A stretch of DNA of 49,872 nucleotides. Source: Pseudomonadota bacterium (lineage in GTDB: Bacteria > Desulfobacterota > Desulfobacteria > Desulfobacterales > RPRI01). Both the position numbers and the translations under genes were made by a program. Where the stretch lies: assembly GCA_043825875.1 (NCBI GenBank), contig JBDRRF010000055.1:1-49872 (forward strand). Reading direction: 5' to 3'. Shown one piece after another: positions 49,291-49,872 of the stretch. Positions within the stretch are counted from its first letter, which is position 1. Each line of letters opens with the position of its first letter. The notes under the pieces are model-generated. The model searched no databases. It had not been told where the DNA came from and saw only the letters and a program-made list of their open reading frames with translations.

Positions 49291-49692
49291 CTACTTTGTT
49301 TTAAGTATGTCTCTGATCTCTGTTAATAAATTTTCTTCTTTAGATGGAGGAGGAGGAGCTGCCGGCGCAGCTTCTTCTTTTTTCTTCAAGTGATTCATCC
49401 CTTTTACAAGCATGAAAATGGCAAATGCTACAATAACAAAATCGACAATAGTCTGAATAAATTTTCCATAATTTAGTGTAACTGCCGCAACGTCACCGGC
49501 TGCATCTTTTAGAGTTATAACCAGATCTGAAAAATTAACATTTCCCAGTAAAAGACCGATTGGAGGCATAATTACATCTGCAACAACAGATGATATTATT
49601 TTACCAAAAGCTACACCAATAATTATACCTACAGCCATATCAACTACATTGCCCTTCATTGCAAATGTTTTGAATTCACTCATCATACTCAT
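49291..49692 (-). CDS. mscL: Large-conductance mechanosensitive channel
   Basis: [29 protein letters not shown]. Confidence 0.97.
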   Translation of the reverse strand: MSMMSEFKTFAMKGNVVDMAVGIIIGVAFGKIISSVVADVIMPPIGLLLGNVNFSDLVITLKDAAGDVAAVTLNYGKFIQTIVDFVIVAFAIFMLVKGMNHLKKKEEAAPAAPPPPSKEENLLTEIRDILKTK

Positions 49693-49735
49693 GGATAGTC
49701 CTCCTGTTGTTTTAATATTTCAGTATTTGTTTATT

Positions 49736-49872
49736 GAGCCACTTTCAAAACGTTTCAGTTTGGTCAAGCTCAAGGCGGGAGAAAATTTCAACCACAGGAA
49801 TACATTTAGTATTTCGAGGATTGAAATTTGAGCCCAACGCAGAGATCGGCCAAAATGGGGCGTTTTGAAACT
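49736..49872 (-). mobile_element. MITE-like element, copy 2 (inverted; cut by the window end)
   Basis: Reverse complement of copy 1 with two substitutions seen by eye. Confidence 0.85.

Overview
AT-rich bacterial chromosome segment. The gene content (sigma54 two-component system, TauE/USP operon, moeA pair, archease-rtcB, tamB-Omp85) suggests a sulfate-reducing Desulfobacterales-type deltaproteobacterium; this is an inference. Most of the window is housekeeping: rsmB-fmt-def-ribF, rhlB, uppP, pmm/pgm, murI, recR-ybaB-dnaX, three tRNAs and mscL. The standout is at 1-7435. A Lon protease lacking its N-domain carries an intact response-regulator receiver (REC) domain inserted just before its Walker A motif. 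That REC closely resembles the REC of the adjacent NtrC-family activator, next to a HAMP histidine kinase. Upstream of lon, a sigma54 promoter with palindromic upstream sites faces a divergent USP-like/TauE operon. Together this is a candidate phosphorylation-gated protease system. An accessory patch at about 24.6-29.4 kb holds a higher-GC cargo gene between inverted 21-bp motifs, a truncated hydrolase with an attC-like site, and a BsuBI/PstI-type restriction-modification pair between 22-bp direct repeats. Non-coding oddities include inverted octamer arrays between archease and rtcB and a family of 125-142 bp fold-back elements; the window ends inside one of them. All calls come from reading motifs by eye; no searches were run.
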